Below the pieces are notes generated by a model that searched no databases, was not told where the DNA came from, and saw only the letters and a list, made by a program, of their open reading frames with translations. A program made the translations under genes and the position numbers. Below, piece by piece: positions 1 through 14,200 of a DNA stretch of 64,000 nucleotides. Every line of letters starts with the position of its first letter. Within the stretch, counting starts at the first letter, position 1. Source of the DNA: Phoronis australis (taxonomy: Eukaryota; Animalia; Phoronida); NCBI GenBank assembly GCA_002633005.1, contig NMRA01000005.1, positions 704,891-768,890 of the forward strand. Direction: 5' to 3'.

Positions 1-328
1 GGGGGGGGGGGGGTGGGCCTTGCCCCCTGCCCCTCCCCCCCCCTAAATCCGCAAATGGCTCAGTAACGCTATGATCTACGCTAGGTCCTAACTAAAATCT
101 AGCCAACAGAAGCACAAGTGTGGTTATTGTTCTCATTAGGGATACCGTTAATAATGTCTTTCGGGAATTATCGTCGTTGTTTCCGGCGAATTCATCCTGA
201 TAGCGAAATAGTTTGGCATTTTTAACTTTGCTGTACAGTGTAACGTAACCATTAATTCTTTGTGTTTGTGCGAGTCGTTTGAAAGAGAACGTAGTCTATC
301 ACGATATTTTACCGACACCAAGTGTGCA

Positions 329-453
329 TTCAGTAGCGCTAGGACCTCGCTAATGTTTTGCCAAAATCACGTGTTCTCGATGTAAAATAAACGGCAATAT
401 CTCAGGTAATCTCGCGACGTCTTGCTTTTTAGCGAGGTCCTAGCGTTACTGAA
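329..453. mobile_element. Short MITE-like element with terminal inverted repeats
   Basis: ttcagtagcgctaggacctcgctaa ... ttagcgaggtcctagcgttactgaa; inverted homologue at 6405-6540 and degenerate copy near 7125-7240. Confidence 0.7.
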
Positions 454-2108
454 CTGGAGGCAGTATACGGGTACCATTGAGTTTAGTCATCCACATGTTT
501 TGTTTCGGTGCTTATATTTGTTAGTTTAGACAGTTTTAATTGGAAAGTGTTCGTTTCTTAGAACAACGATGTTATAAAAATCTATGTCAACGTTCAGGGC
601 TTAATTTCCTTTGAAAGTTTATTCGTCTAAAATAATTTAGGAGACTTGAGGCAACAAAATTATCCTAAGTGTTCCTAATGATGGAAAATATCCGACGTGT
701 TCAGAATGCGCCGCCATGACAGAAAAAATTATGCGTCGTTTGTAGACACATTTTATGACGTCACAACATATTTGCGTGACGTTACACATTGAACAAAAAA
801 TATCTCAGAACATTGTTATTTTGATGCTGTTGAACGCTCTTACAAAAGGCATTTTCTGAACATCGAATCACATACGTGCTTTGCATGGAACACGCACGAT
901 GAAACGCGTTAAAGCTAATAGGTTGGATAGCATCGTAGAAGGCTCTGGAATTCCTCTCGAAAAACGGGATGGTCCTTCAGACGAAGGTGTGACAATTTTG
1001 TTTTGTTGAATTTGATTGACGAGCTCTGTTGTAGCTTCAGAAACATTAAACAAACCTGCCTTGGATTGTTCAAAATTTTCCGCTAGCTAAATTTGATTGT
1101 TGTACATGTATGACGTCAGAAACATCGTTCAACAATAAAAATGTGACGCATACAATTGCAACATCATTGGTATTGCCATAGTCCGTGGTATTATACAGCG
1201 TATAAATATTGCGCATCCTAACATTCTTTTCTGCTGTATATCAGTATGAAATCAAGATACGTAGGTGTGTTTGAGTTGGTGCTGAGTACAGTGGCGGATT
1301 CATGCCCCCCGCCCCCTAAAACTCTCCCACATTCCATTTGGCAGATCGGGAGTGCGAATGTCTGATGGGCAAAATGCTGGCTAATACCCTGCCCTGCCCC
1401 CCCCCCTCCCCAACTGAAAATCCAGAATCCATCCCTGGAGTATATGTTTGTACTTTGTGATCTCAGAAATAAAGCTACAACTCGACTTTACACTAAATCT
1501 GAGGATCACTAAGTGTTCACCATATGACTGGGCACTCACCTCAATGAAACATACCATAGCGATTTCAAGCACAAACGTCAAAGGTACTTATCTTGAGTAA
1601 GATTATGAGAAATGTAATCGTTGGGTTGGAATTCCAAGCCTTGGATTATGGGCGCTGATTTTGGAAAAGCGACATTCGTTGGATGAAGGAAACTTGAAAG
1701 CAACTGTGCATAGCAAATTTGGCCAAGAAACCTAGCTTACTGTGTTGGAGGCAAGTGACGGTGNGTTCCCCCCCCCCCCCCCCACTCAACATTACATTAC
1801 ATTGCAACGTCTTTAGAGGCTACTGGAGGGTGCGGCTACCGATGGCTCTCTGTTGAAATTTGCGATCACCCCGGTAGGGCAAAAATGGAAACCAAATTTT
1901 AATTCACTTGAGCCCTACATATATTCCTGACTGCTTTAATTCATGAACAAATGTAACTCGCGTGATTTTTTAAAGAGGCCTTGTTCATCATTTGGACCAT
2001 TAAACGACCATGACTGGTAACCCTGTCCTTTGAAAACATCCATCTTTAACTACCATGTCGATGGCTGTTTCATGCATACTTTTCTATCTTTCACCTGCTA
2101 ACTGTCAG

Positions 2109-2255
2109 AAGGTTTCGACGAAAAATACGATCTTACAATCACCCGAAGGACCGGCAAATTCGGCGGAAGATGCTGTTACGTGATACCACCGAGCATGCGC
2201 GAACCTATGGGTCATTATATCGTGCCTGAAGGTGGACTCCCTTTATCATCAGTAG
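2109..2255 (+). CDS. SHIPPO-repeat gene, N-terminal exon
   Basis: ctgtcag|AA GGT TTC ... GTA G|gtaagt; 147 bp, phase 1-1; GFDEKYDLTITRR...GGLPLSSV; no PGP motif. Confidence 0.6.
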
Positions 2256-5200
2256 GTAAGTATAGGCTGCAATATTAAAAGGACTGGCAGCTGCCTCAAA
2301 CATCCTTTTAATATTGGTCCTAGGTTCCAATGGACGTTTCTTGAATCGGATGACTAGCAGCTCTGTTTCTTGAAAAACAAATAAAGACTGAAGTATGATA
2401 AATTTGGTCTTACACTGCACGCCTCTATTGCTGAAAATAGTAAAATATCACCTGTGCAAAAGTGCGAAGTCTCTGAAAAGACGTACATAACTGCTAGTTT
2501 TTGAGATGTTCACTATAAATTATTTATAAAGTGCTACACCCAGCACTGACACAATGCTATTGAGGCCTGTCATTTTGAAGAAAAGAGTATCTACAGCCAA
2601 ATTAGTGGACTTCTCTCGACATCAGTGTTCACAAACCTACATGTAACCTCTCGAGCATACTCGCAAAACGCGCACCTTTAACTCACGTGGTTTTGTGTAC
2701 ATTTCGTGATTTTGTCTAATCTTTGCTTATCAAGCAAGAAACTGTCTACGTAACGCTCCTTTGAGATTTTGTGACGCTTCACAAGGAGCGAGAAATATAG
2801 AGTTCGCTGGTGAAATTGTAGAACCTGATGAAAACTCAGAAGGAGGCAGTGTAGCCTAGTGGTACAAGTGTTAGCTTTTTTACTCGAGATCGTGAGGTCG
2901 AGTCCAACTAAAGCATACTGCTATATCCTTGAGTCAGGTCTCTTACTCCTCAGCAAGCTCGATTCTAATTATTTATTAATATTATAAAGCATAAAAATGT
3001 CTCCTGTTCGGCCAATGGGCCCACCTAAGCAGCCTGCTAAACGTCTGGTACAACAAGTACTAAACCGCCTACAAACACAGACGGTAATTCAGCCCCACTC
3101 CCACCAAGAGCGAAATGGTTCTCAAAATCCAGTAAGGGTAAAAAATGTTGCCCTCTTTGATGCACAATTTCTCATGTTTGAATATTTGTCCAAGAGGAGT
3201 GACATTTGTATCTTCTACTTTGTAACAAATTCTGAAGACAATGAGGTTTTCAATCCGATCTATGCACCTAGTCTCTAGAGTCCTTGAGCCCTTACACAAA
3301 CGGCTTGATGGTGGCCGTGCACCATCTGACCTGATCACTTGTGGAACCACACGGACATTTCGCTTGCATGTTTTAGCTGTCGTAAGCATTCTCCACATTC
3401 TTATTATCGTTGGCTCCTTCCAGATTACCCGCAGCCGGGCCCATCTGACTATGACGAGACAAATGTAAACCTTGTAAAAGTAAGAGCGCCTATGTACAGC
3501 TGTAGTGGGTGGCCTGAGTCTCTGAAAGGTGAGAATTAGAATATAACAGTGTATTTTAAAGCATACATGCGTGCATTGCAACTTCGTTAGAGGATTGAAA
3601 TAATTGTTCACCTTGTTTTCGAAACACTGAAGTTTGTGACGACAACTTTATAGGGTAGTTTGCAGAAACTTGAATAAGAATAATACCACAGTTGTCCTTT
3701 TTCAAAATTTTATTTTGTTGACCTTTTGTGGATATCGTGAGACGTCATAGAATTGAGTGGAATCTCCTCAAAACACATTCGTCTTGAGTGAACTATGAGG
3801 TCACTCGTCAAGTAAGTGCTGCATAACTGACGTCACACAACTGAAGAATTTGTAAGAGATGAACTAATCAACTAGATAATCCAGACTGTGACGTCATGAG
3901 TTTAGTGGTTGGACTCCTTTGCCTGCTCAAACAACTTCGTCCGTGTCACTTTTTGGACTGACGGGGTCACGTCCCACTAATCTTCTAATATCCACAATAA
4001 GGTCAATTGCTGAAAATACTCTTAATTCCATAAAATGTTGGCTGATGACAGTTGTACAATACACACTAGGTTCGCCGAAATAAAGAAAAACGTTACTTGT
4101 GTTTCATTTTCATTGGTAGATAGATATAAAAATGAACCCCCTCTGTCATGTTGTCTACTGAATTGAAAAAAATTATAAAGAGTTTCTGCCGAATCGTCCA
4201 AGTTCTTGCAACCTAAGCATTTGTATCACCGAACATAAGGTTATAATAACAATTTGAAATGCATGTAGGTGGAATAAAAAGAAACGGAGCTTGGAAATTT
4301 TGACTTCTGAATTACAGTTAAATTGACAATATTTTCAAAGTTCAGATGTTTTACTGACTCCTGAACGTTACGGTTTAATGTCGTTTTTTGGGCTATCCAA
4401 AGGCGACTCCAAGCAGAAGAAAATTATTCATTATTTTTATTTTCCTTAGATCCGTTCGAGCACCTAATAAGGAAGCCGTCAGCTGAAGCCAAACTCGAAA
4501 AGATCAGGCAAAAGGAAGCGAAACCACTGAAACAAAGACACAAGCCGGGTTTTACGATCAAAGGAAAATCAAGTGCGTTTATTTTCTCTCAAAACTGAGT
4601 AACACATTATTCCCATTGGATTATTTGAAAACATAGCGTAGTATGTCTTAATTATTGTGAATACAGCATATAAGCAGATTAAATAACAGGGTCAACAACA
4701 GAAAAAAAAACAACAAAAGGTTTACATAACCTAATTAGCAAGTTCATTGGAAACACGTCCAGTGCTCACAAGTTGTCGTTCTAACCCTCTTCATCTCATT
4801 CAAATCGCGATTATTTTCGTCATTTGTAGCCTTACGTTCGAATGTTCTGTGACGTTATTATCTCCTTCGATATTGTCAACTGCTGAGGGCGTCGTCGACA
4901 TTGGCGAGTCGTGTCGGCGATACACTTGTAGTTGTTGGCATCGTCTTTGGCAGCGCTGCTGTCTGCATGCCCTCATTTTTTGTGTCGGTATCGGCGTCGT
5001 CCTCGTCGACGACGCTTCAGTAGGTGCCTCGCGAATGTTACTTCTGACTGGCACCGTGCCATTCGGGACACCTGTGCATGTGCGAACTTCAGCATACGGC
5101 CAATCATTCTTCCGTTTCAAAGTCACATGACTTGCCATTAGACTGAAGGTCGCACATGTGCAGATAACGTTCACCTCCGAGGAAATTTTGAAATTAGAAA

Positions 5201-8200
5201 TTTACCCAAGGTGCTCCGGATAACCGTGCCCGTTATCGTACTGAAACGTCATTATTGCGCGTCGTCAACTTCATGGTTTTCATAGTTTTTCGTTACATTT
5301 TGCCAAGGCAAGTCACTTTCATTTTAAAATATTTTCAATTGCCATATATGTTAAAGCTATAAATTCTATAATTGTTGATATGTTGTTTATTTTGCAGTTT
5401 CCACCTTATACTTTTGAATTGGGTTCTAAACTATAACACCTGCCACTCGAAGTGCAACTTCGAAACTTCTCACAAATACCAAACTATTGTTAGCACAAGG
5501 GTTGAAATTAGGAAAAATCTTCAAAAATTCGTGCACCAGTTTGAAGCTAAAGGTTTTGTTTTAAATTCTTCTCTGTGCTTGAAACAGGTGATATGAATAA
5601 CAAACGCATCGGACCGGGTCCGGCTGCATACTTCGCCTCGAAAGATTGTGTGTACTACCGAGCGCCTCGACCAGTCATTGGGAAGGCCCCGCGTAGAGAC
5701 TTGGGGTCTCACAAATCCTGTACGCTACGACAACCTCTGGAACTCTATGGTAAGACTATTTTTAGATGACAAAACGTTAAAACCATAGACATCACTAGTA
5801 TTAGGATGTCTATGGTTAAAATAGTCCGTAATGGGATTTCAAACGTTCACGTGCAGTGACGTCAAGCTCACCGTATCCCGCATGTAAACCGCTTAGTTAT
5901 TGACATTATCTGTAAATGCATTAAGGCACAGTCCTTATCGACAAGTCTGTACATTTAGTCAAACATCTACAACACTTTAGAATTTACCTCAGCGAAAGTG
6001 TATACTTTCTGAAAGTCGAAATTCCGTAGAAGATAGAAGGAACATTCACAAAACACGAGAATCAATAACGCGACTCGTGATCGAAATGCTTAAAATAAAA
6101 TCTCACAAATGCTGTCAGTTTTCTAAGTAATTGTTTCATTTCAGATTTATGCAACTTTAAAACTTTTCATAAAAATCATGCAAACTTGATGGCCTCTCAT
6201 GCAAAAGCGGAACATTTTAAAAATCTTTTAGAAAATAATGTATAAAGCACAGTATCTGAAAGCTCCATGTGAATGTGGTCAGCCATGAGATGCGATTTTC
6301 CGAAGTTGACCGAAACTGGACATTGTCGACGGTCCTGCATAATCTTAGCAACCGTTGCATTGGACGCGTCTGCGTGGTTACCAATCCATGAAACCAGCCT
6401 CCCCTTCAGTAACGCTAGGATCTCGCTAAAAAGCAAGACGTCGCGAGATTACGTGAGATATTGCCGTGTATTTTAAGTGAGAACACGTGACTTTGGCTAG
6501 ATTTTATCTAGATGCTCGCGTAGGTCCTAGCGTTATTGAACGCACGTCAGTCCTCACTAGTGGATTACGTCACCGGAAGCAAAATAGTTCAAGTTTGAAG
6601 GGACAGTGTTACAGAGTCTTGATAATCCACGTGGTTGGCTGGACACGCCGTCTACCGGTCGAGTGCGTATTAGCCAATTATTCATGAATTTTAAAAGGAT
6701 ACTTGGAACCCTGTTTTCACAATCCTCGTTCTCTCACCTGCTAATGCATCATTGGCGTCAATCTTCCCAGTTAAAGGCCGGAATCAGTTAAAAACGCATA
6801 CTCCCTATGGTAGGAGGCCTTTCCCACGGTAATTCGCTAAAAGCGAAGGTCATTGATGTTGCCCACTTAGCAAATTTGAAAGGAGTTTTCAATTTTTTTC
6901 CAAACTTTTGCAGGTTGTCAGGGGTTACATAGTATTTTTTGTTTCAGGGAACTGGATGAGAAAGTCTGTTTAAATATGTGTTAGTAGGTCGGTTTGGTGT
7001 CCTTTTATGACACGCTCGTACATCCTGCATAGATCCTAACCACCTCACTGTCAACAGTGTTGAGGTGTTGGCCTCTCATAGAGGTTGGTTGCAATGTAAA
7101 ATTCAGCTTGTTCTGGGTGGAGTGCAGTAGCTGTCTAGCCAAAATCACGTGTTCTCGTTTAAAACACCAAGACAACATGTTACGTAATCTTGCGAAGTCT
7201 AGTTGCTTTTTATCAAGGTAATAGCGTAGGTCTAGCGTTACACGGTTGCCAAGGTTACCTTGACGCGCTCAAAGCATAAAAGTCGGAAAACTGAGTGTGC
7301 TTGTATCGTTTTAGCCGAGTCACCTGGCCCAGCTGTGTACGATGTCAAATACCGTCGAGTCGGTGATGGGCCGAAAGTCACGATAATCCCCTGTCGAGCG
7401 GATGGAAATTGTGTCAACAGGAACCCTGGTAGGCAGTTATCAATTGTTATGCTCACCGATGCGGTAGTTACCTTTCTTTGCCTGGTTTTGTTCAGTTAAC
7501 ATCTATTACCCAGTGGCGAATCTAGGATATCACAAGGGGGGCCCAACATTTTGTCCGGCTGTAAGCATTTGCGCAAACCACGATTGTAGATGCGTATAGC
7601 ACCGAATGGGGGTAGGTCGGGAGGGGGGTTTCTATTTTTTCCTCTAAAACTCAAGCACTTTCCTTGATTCCTGAAGTATTATCCAAGAAAAAAAAGGCAA
7701 AAACAAAACACGGAGAACGTGTCAAACAGAAAAACTGCTAGTACCGCAGGCTCGAAATCACGACCTGGCTGTTTGTGCACGCGTGCTTTACCACTACACC
7801 ACCACGATTTAGCTGCTAATACAGTGTTAAAAGACCTACTTGTTTATGGTCCACAGCGTTTGCGCGCGAAACCTACTTCTTTTTGTAATGCTTATTACAC
7901 GTTTTATATTTTGTGCAATCGGATCTTAAAAAATTTGTTGTATTTAAAATAGTCTTCAAATGCCCAAAAGACCAAATCCGTTTTTCGTGTTGGCAGTAAT
8001 GACAGGATTGATTTGGAAATAGTCTTAAGTTAAGGTTTGACAAAGAGAGAATTATGAGTTTCTGAGTGATTCACTAACGCTTCGATTAAAATTCACATCT
8101 TACTAGCAGCTTCTGTTTTTTCATCGTCACTCAGGTTCCATTTTCTTTAAAAAATGAAGTAAATTTTCTTCATTGCACAGTGCACCAGACGACGGAAACG

Positions 8201-11200
8201 GAGTCGTAGTGCGCAGCGTCACTGCCGGTCGCCTGGGATATCGCGGGAAAGCCTATACTTAGCCATAGTTCCGTTACGAATGCGCCGTGTTTCGAATTTG
8301 ACACTTGAAATTGGATCTAAGCCCTCCCCCCCCNNNNNNNNNNNNNNNNNNNNNNNNNNNNNNNNNNNNNNNNNNNNNNNNNNNNNNNNNNNNNNNNNNN
8401 NNNNNNNNNNNNNNNNNNNNNNNNNNNNNNNNNNNNNNNNNNNNNNNNNNNNNNNNNNNNNNNNNNNNNNNNNNNNNNNNNNNNNNNNNNNNNNNNNNNN
8501 NNNNNNNNNNNNNNNNNNNNNNNNNNNNNNNNNNNNNNNNNNNNNNNNNNNNNNNNNNNNNNNNNNNNNNNNNNNNNNNNNNNNNNNNNNNNNNNNNNNN
8601 NNNNNNNNNNNNNNNNNNNNNNNNNNNNNNNNNNNNNNNNNNNNNNNNNNNNNNNNNNNNNNNNNNNNNNNNNNNNNNNNNNNNNNNNNNNNNNNNNNNN
8701 NNNNNNNNNNNNNNNNNNNNNNNNNNNNNNNNNNNNNNNNNNNNNNNNNNNNNNNNNNNNNNNNNNNNNNNNNNNNNNNNNNAGGATGCAAAGAATGGCA
8801 TGTTTTCAATTATTTCACATAAAAAGCCCAGCAGATGAGCACAGAAACTTTATTCTTTCTTGTATTTTTGACCATTTCATTCCCACTGAAAACCAAGCTA
8901 GACTAAGAAAAATAAGGGCAAAAAAATGCAAAATCGGCACTTTTCACCCGAAAAACACCACTTCCCTGCCGATGCACGACTAAAACCAACATTAGAGTCT
9001 GAAAGCAAATTTCCTACCGATTCCGAAAATGTGGTCCAAAAGTACTGTCAACCAACTAGTTTTTTGGCAATTCTTGCTTGTTTGAGGGCTGCCTAAAATC
9101 ACAGCCAATTTCTCGGTCGCTACCCAACAATGCACAATGGCAGCCGGGGGGCCGCCATCTTGAAGAAGAGTGCAGCTACAGCCAAGAAAGTGGCCTTTTT
9201 TTTATTCACAGCATGTTCACAAATACAAACAAACCACATTCACTGAGCCTACGTGCAATGCCCACCTACAAAATGCCCCCAAACTTGGCCTACCCCAAAA
9301 TTTCTATATTTTGGCAGTGCAAATTGGCCGCGGCCGCAGCCTAGCTAACTATTCAGTGCCACCTATACAACATGTTGTAAGCGGCCCTTGGATAACGTTC
9401 CTGTGGCATATTCAAAATTTTAAACCAGTACTAATACAGCTAACAAAGTATCTCGTAAACATAGGGTATCTGCCACATTCACACAATACTGCAGCGTTAG
9501 ACCAAACGTCTATTACGAGTGATACATAATTAGCCAACAGGTGGAGTAATCCATAAGGCGGCTCATAACAGGAGCTGAATACCCTGCACAACATATTCAA
9601 AATAGATCAAAAGAAACAAAAACCAGAAAAAGCGCTCTAGGCTATAACCGGGAGGATACTGTGTAAAAGAAATTAATTTTCAGCAATATCAACTGACCTC
9701 TTTTGGTACCCCTATTTTAACTGAAGGTAAAAATATAATTAAAATGTTTCTTTATTTAGTTTCATATGTTCGTTCCAGTTTACTTTCCTTAGAAGAGTGC
9801 GTGTGCGAGTGTTTCGTGCTTCCTTGCCCCCCTCCTCCCCCCTTCCCCTCCTCCCGCCTTCTTAAACCAGTAATACTGTATACATAGTGTTTGTAATAAA
9901 CAAGTTTGACTGACCAATCAGGCTTCGCTATTCGGGCTAAATGCAAACTATATTTACAATTGCTAGTTAATTTTATTATTGAAAACCTATATTAAGCTGA
10001 ACATTTCATGACAAAAATAATTTTTCTTCAGTAATAACCGATAAAGTGGTGTGAGACTCCAGCCTTAAGGTATTCTATATGAAACAGCACCATGGTGTTC
10101 CGACGTTTCTCTAGTGGTACCCATGATCTCCAGATTAGTGTCAAACGTTTGAAATATCGACGTTTTTCAAACTAACTGGGAGTTTAAGGTTCGTCTTTTT
10201 TGTTAAAATATTCGGAGTACCATTTGCGCTGTAAAGTTTCAAAGCCATCCTTGGAAATATTACGAATGGTCTACTTCATTGTTTTTTACACTAGAAAATG
10301 TCATTTATGCTGAAATGATGATTCGATACTGAAAAATAGATGAACCCTCAAGTTGTTGCACGTGGTATATTTATTTAAATTACGAATCTACGTAACAACT
10401 GGCTGCTGCTCAGTATGAATTTGACCACCTAACAAAGCTACGCACAACTCTGTAATAACGATTGATAAGGCCTCGGCTCCTGCATTTTGAGAGGCAGCTT
10501 TCTACACTGTGACAGTCATCAAACTGGGTTTCACTAAAATCCGAACCCCTGTAAGTGACTATTTTCCACCACAAGGGCTTCTTTTTAGGCGTATTAATTT
10601 CTGCTCACCCCGTTGCATGTGCTCAGTCGTTTTAAGGCCATGAAGTTCACCTGTGCCGGTGAATGGCGTCTTTAGTGCTCACACCTTCGTTAAAATTATT
10701 ACAGAGAAGGCAATAAGAGAGTATGTAAAGACAGGGGCTTATACTCGAGATCAAATCTTATGAAACATTTATGGGACATTTTGGTTTGGGGCACAGACAA
10801 AGATTGTTTTCAGATAACAAACGCACCCAATTCCATCTGTTTGTCTCAAGTCAACCGACAAGTTTCGCCTGCACCGTGCAGTTTCATTCGCCTTATAAGC
10901 TGTTTATTTTATTTCTAGGGCCTGCTCATTACAACATTAAAGAAACAAAGACGTCGTTTGGAGCTTCCTTATTATCTAGGCCTGTCACACCACGTAAGTC
11001 CTTTAAAATAAATTGTAAATCGCTTGCATGACTGTTCATACTGCATGACAATAGATATGCTACTGTAGTCGGCCTACATCCGAATTGCTCAGTGAAGAGA
11101 ACGCGTCGTCCTTAGTGTTCTTAACCGCAGCCTACAGGGATGCCGCTTTGAGTAATGAATTGCTCTACGGAAAACTACCACACGCATCAGTAAAATTACG

Positions 11201-14200
11201 GGCCTTGTAACGACAAACCCCGGCGGTCCGAGCCCGTCCTAAAATCTTGACGAAATGGGCTGCGTACTCCCAACGGGAAGGCTATCTTTGGCCAATTATA
11301 CATTGCGTGCGACACCGTGTATGGAATCCTTGATAAACTTCCATCAAGTATTTCCAACGTTGCCTTGTGTCTTCACAGTTTTAGTAGAGAAGGCTAGAGT
11401 TCTGTTATTTTAGCCAGTCTGTATCGAATTAGTTGAGAACTGAGTAAGAATTGGCTTGGTGTAAAAGGGAGCTAGAAATTAATCACTAGTTGGTTTAACA
11501 ATTATTACCTTCTTACGAATGTGCAACTACAGCAGATCATACCAGTGATATCAAAAAGGAAAGTTTAGAGGAATTTAGGTTCTGAGCTTGGCATTTCATA
11601 AAGAGGTGCAACCATTTACTTGACCTGTCTAGGGTCGTATTAATCTTTATCCCATACGTGTTGCGGAATCAGCCGTTTCAGACCTGTGAGATAAGTACAA
11701 AACGTACCTCGATTGGTGTAGATGAAGTAATGACCCACGAGACATTATTCCGCGTATCGACCGAGGCCGAAGGAATAACGTCTCGTAGGATATTACTTCA
11801 TGTACGCCACTCTTGCTGCATTATGTGTATGTATTCGTGTTCCGTTTGCGCCACTTCACGTCCGTCTGGACGCAAGACACTTATGTGTAGTGCATTCGCA
11901 ATATCCAGTTATCAAGCAATGGGTATGTAACCTCTTTTCCAGCGGCTAAGTTGAGCGACAACAGTCCTGGGCCAGCCTCGTACGTCATATCGTCTTCCTT
12001 GGGTCATGCTCCGGCTGCAGTCTTGAAACCGGACACTAAAGTTCTGAAGCGTACGTCATTGGTCTGGGAAAGTGTACTAACTAGATGATTATTTCGAAAA
12101 TGCAAAATCATTGTACTGAGCTCATGGCCTTCTTCAGGTAGCCATGATGATGACCAGTAATCTTGAAAGATTAGAGCAGGAGTCAACTAAAAACTTATAC
12201 TCCCTAGGTCACAAATTCAATGGTCCTTGGTGGGTTTCCTTTAACCACAGTTGCCGCGTAGTCATCTAAACGCGCAGACCTCGCTTGCCCGATCTGCAGA
12301 CTTCTATAGGAGTTTTCTTCCAAACTTTTGAGTGTTGTCGAGGGTTACTGAGCATTGTTTTATTTTAGAGAATTGAATGGGAAAGTCGTTTTTAATGTCT
12401 GCTAATAGGCCAAAACCTGTTTTGGTGTACTTTTAACATGAAACGAATTACATCACTTTGGTGAATTATTCCAAGAATTTTCAATGTTTGGCATCACCAT
12501 GGCTACTTGTCACTTACAACTTACAGGGGAGTTGTTTTTTTTTGAACCATGGCTTGATTACAAACAATATGTATTCCTGTCCAAGTAGTTAAAATATAAG
12601 CATGATGGTGAAATTTGATTTCCTTGGCAGCTTTGGCTATCTTTGACAAGTAAATTCCATTTCTTTATAGCTGACCGCCACGTCATGCCGGCGCCAAACG
12701 CCTATGACGTCATCAAAGTAACTACCAGAGGCGTTTGGCAAAAACCGGAGAAGTTCAATTTTACCTACCGACCGGACGACTGCAAAGGTTTGAATCAGGG
12801 TGTAAATGACTCCTGTATCGTTGAAATGTATTGCCTTTTTGGAAACAGTTTTGTAATGCGGGATACCTTAAGATACGTGTTGTCGCCAAAACTAATTAGT
12901 AGGTATTTTAATAAAAAATTGACCTGTCAATTAGGGAGAAATTCTCCATTCTAACTGCGATTTCTCGAAAACAGTAAAAGTTCATGTTTTTATTTTACTA
13001 CGTTTTAGCTGACAACTTCAGCAGGCCGGCACCAAACCAATACAGTCCAAAATGCACCGAGACGAAATCATGCGCGCCCGCCTACACTCTAAGAGAGAAA
13101 ACCAAGATCTCATATCCCGACTGTATTAACTATCCCGTCGACTGTACGTACGATTTCTTTCTTTCGTTCTTAGTCTGCCAAGTACTTTTCTCATCCAGAA
13201 TTTGTAAAACGTGCTTCCTTAACACTGAACTTCAGTGCCAAGCGTTACATTCGAAACATTAAAAATGAAGTTGGTACAGTATAAGCGCTATGCCTAAAAG
13301 TTAGTGGTGCTGAAAGAATAGCATACAATTGCTGATCCAGGCCATTTGTAAAGCGTGGGTCGGATATATGATTTTTTAAAAAAGGGGAGTTCAAGTAAAG
13401 AATTTGAAAATTCTAGCTTTGATGGGGTACTTCCCGGATCCGCCTGTGGAATAATTGAACAGCAATGGAAGTAGGTTTAACAAATTTGTCGTAATCTATT
13501 TTTCCTGGGATACGCCACGAGCTATGTTGCAAATTAAAACATGGTTAGGATTGGGAATAAGGCCATTTATGATGACGTAAGTAGAAGAAATAAAGAAGAT
13601 TGCAAGATGGACGTTGAAAAAAACGCCACCGGCTTGTACATAAAAACGCCACCGGCGTGTACATAAAAACGCCACCTGCGTGTACATAAAAACGCCACCG
13701 GCGAGTACATCAACACGCCCTTAATAATGGAAGAAAAACATGAACACCAAGAAAAGCCTGAAGGGCCTAACAGAAAATGTGTAATAAGAAACGTGAAAAC
13801 AGGCACCAGGAATTTAGGATGGGAAAAATATTGAGAAAAAAACATAGAGGTCTTGTAGACAACGAGTGGCTGCCGAAGAACTAGACCACGCTATACTTAT
13901 CAAAGAAACTGACCAATAGGTGTCGAGTAGAGAGTTACATGAATACAAAAGTAGAACCCGGAGGATGTAAATAGAAATGAGTAATGTAAAATAAACCTTA
14001 AGGTTGATATGAAAATTAAAAGTGACCATTGTCAAAATAATGACGATTTAACACATTTGACAAGTTAAATTTAATTTGTTAATTAAAACAACGACGGATT
14101 TGAACCGAAGACGGGTCTCGCACTCTTTCGGGGTGTAAGACAAATTGTGGACAACTTGGAATGCGTAGAATAATTAGCCGCCAGCCCTTCACAGTGATTC

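Noticed and set aside
2842-2910. tRNA genes (also 7744-7806 and 56851-56906)
   Set aside because: Only A/B-box-like motifs without a full cloverleaf; treated as SINE heads.
4747-5174. Overlapping 124-127 aa ORFs on both strands within a SHIPPO intron
   Set aside because: No recognisable motif and no convincing splice-compatible boundaries; probably a degenerate repeat.
8219-8838. Four long ORFs in the track
   Set aside because: Artefacts of the 449-N gap. The PGP motif is continuous across the flanking exons (NP|GPAHY), so no exon needs to be hidden there.
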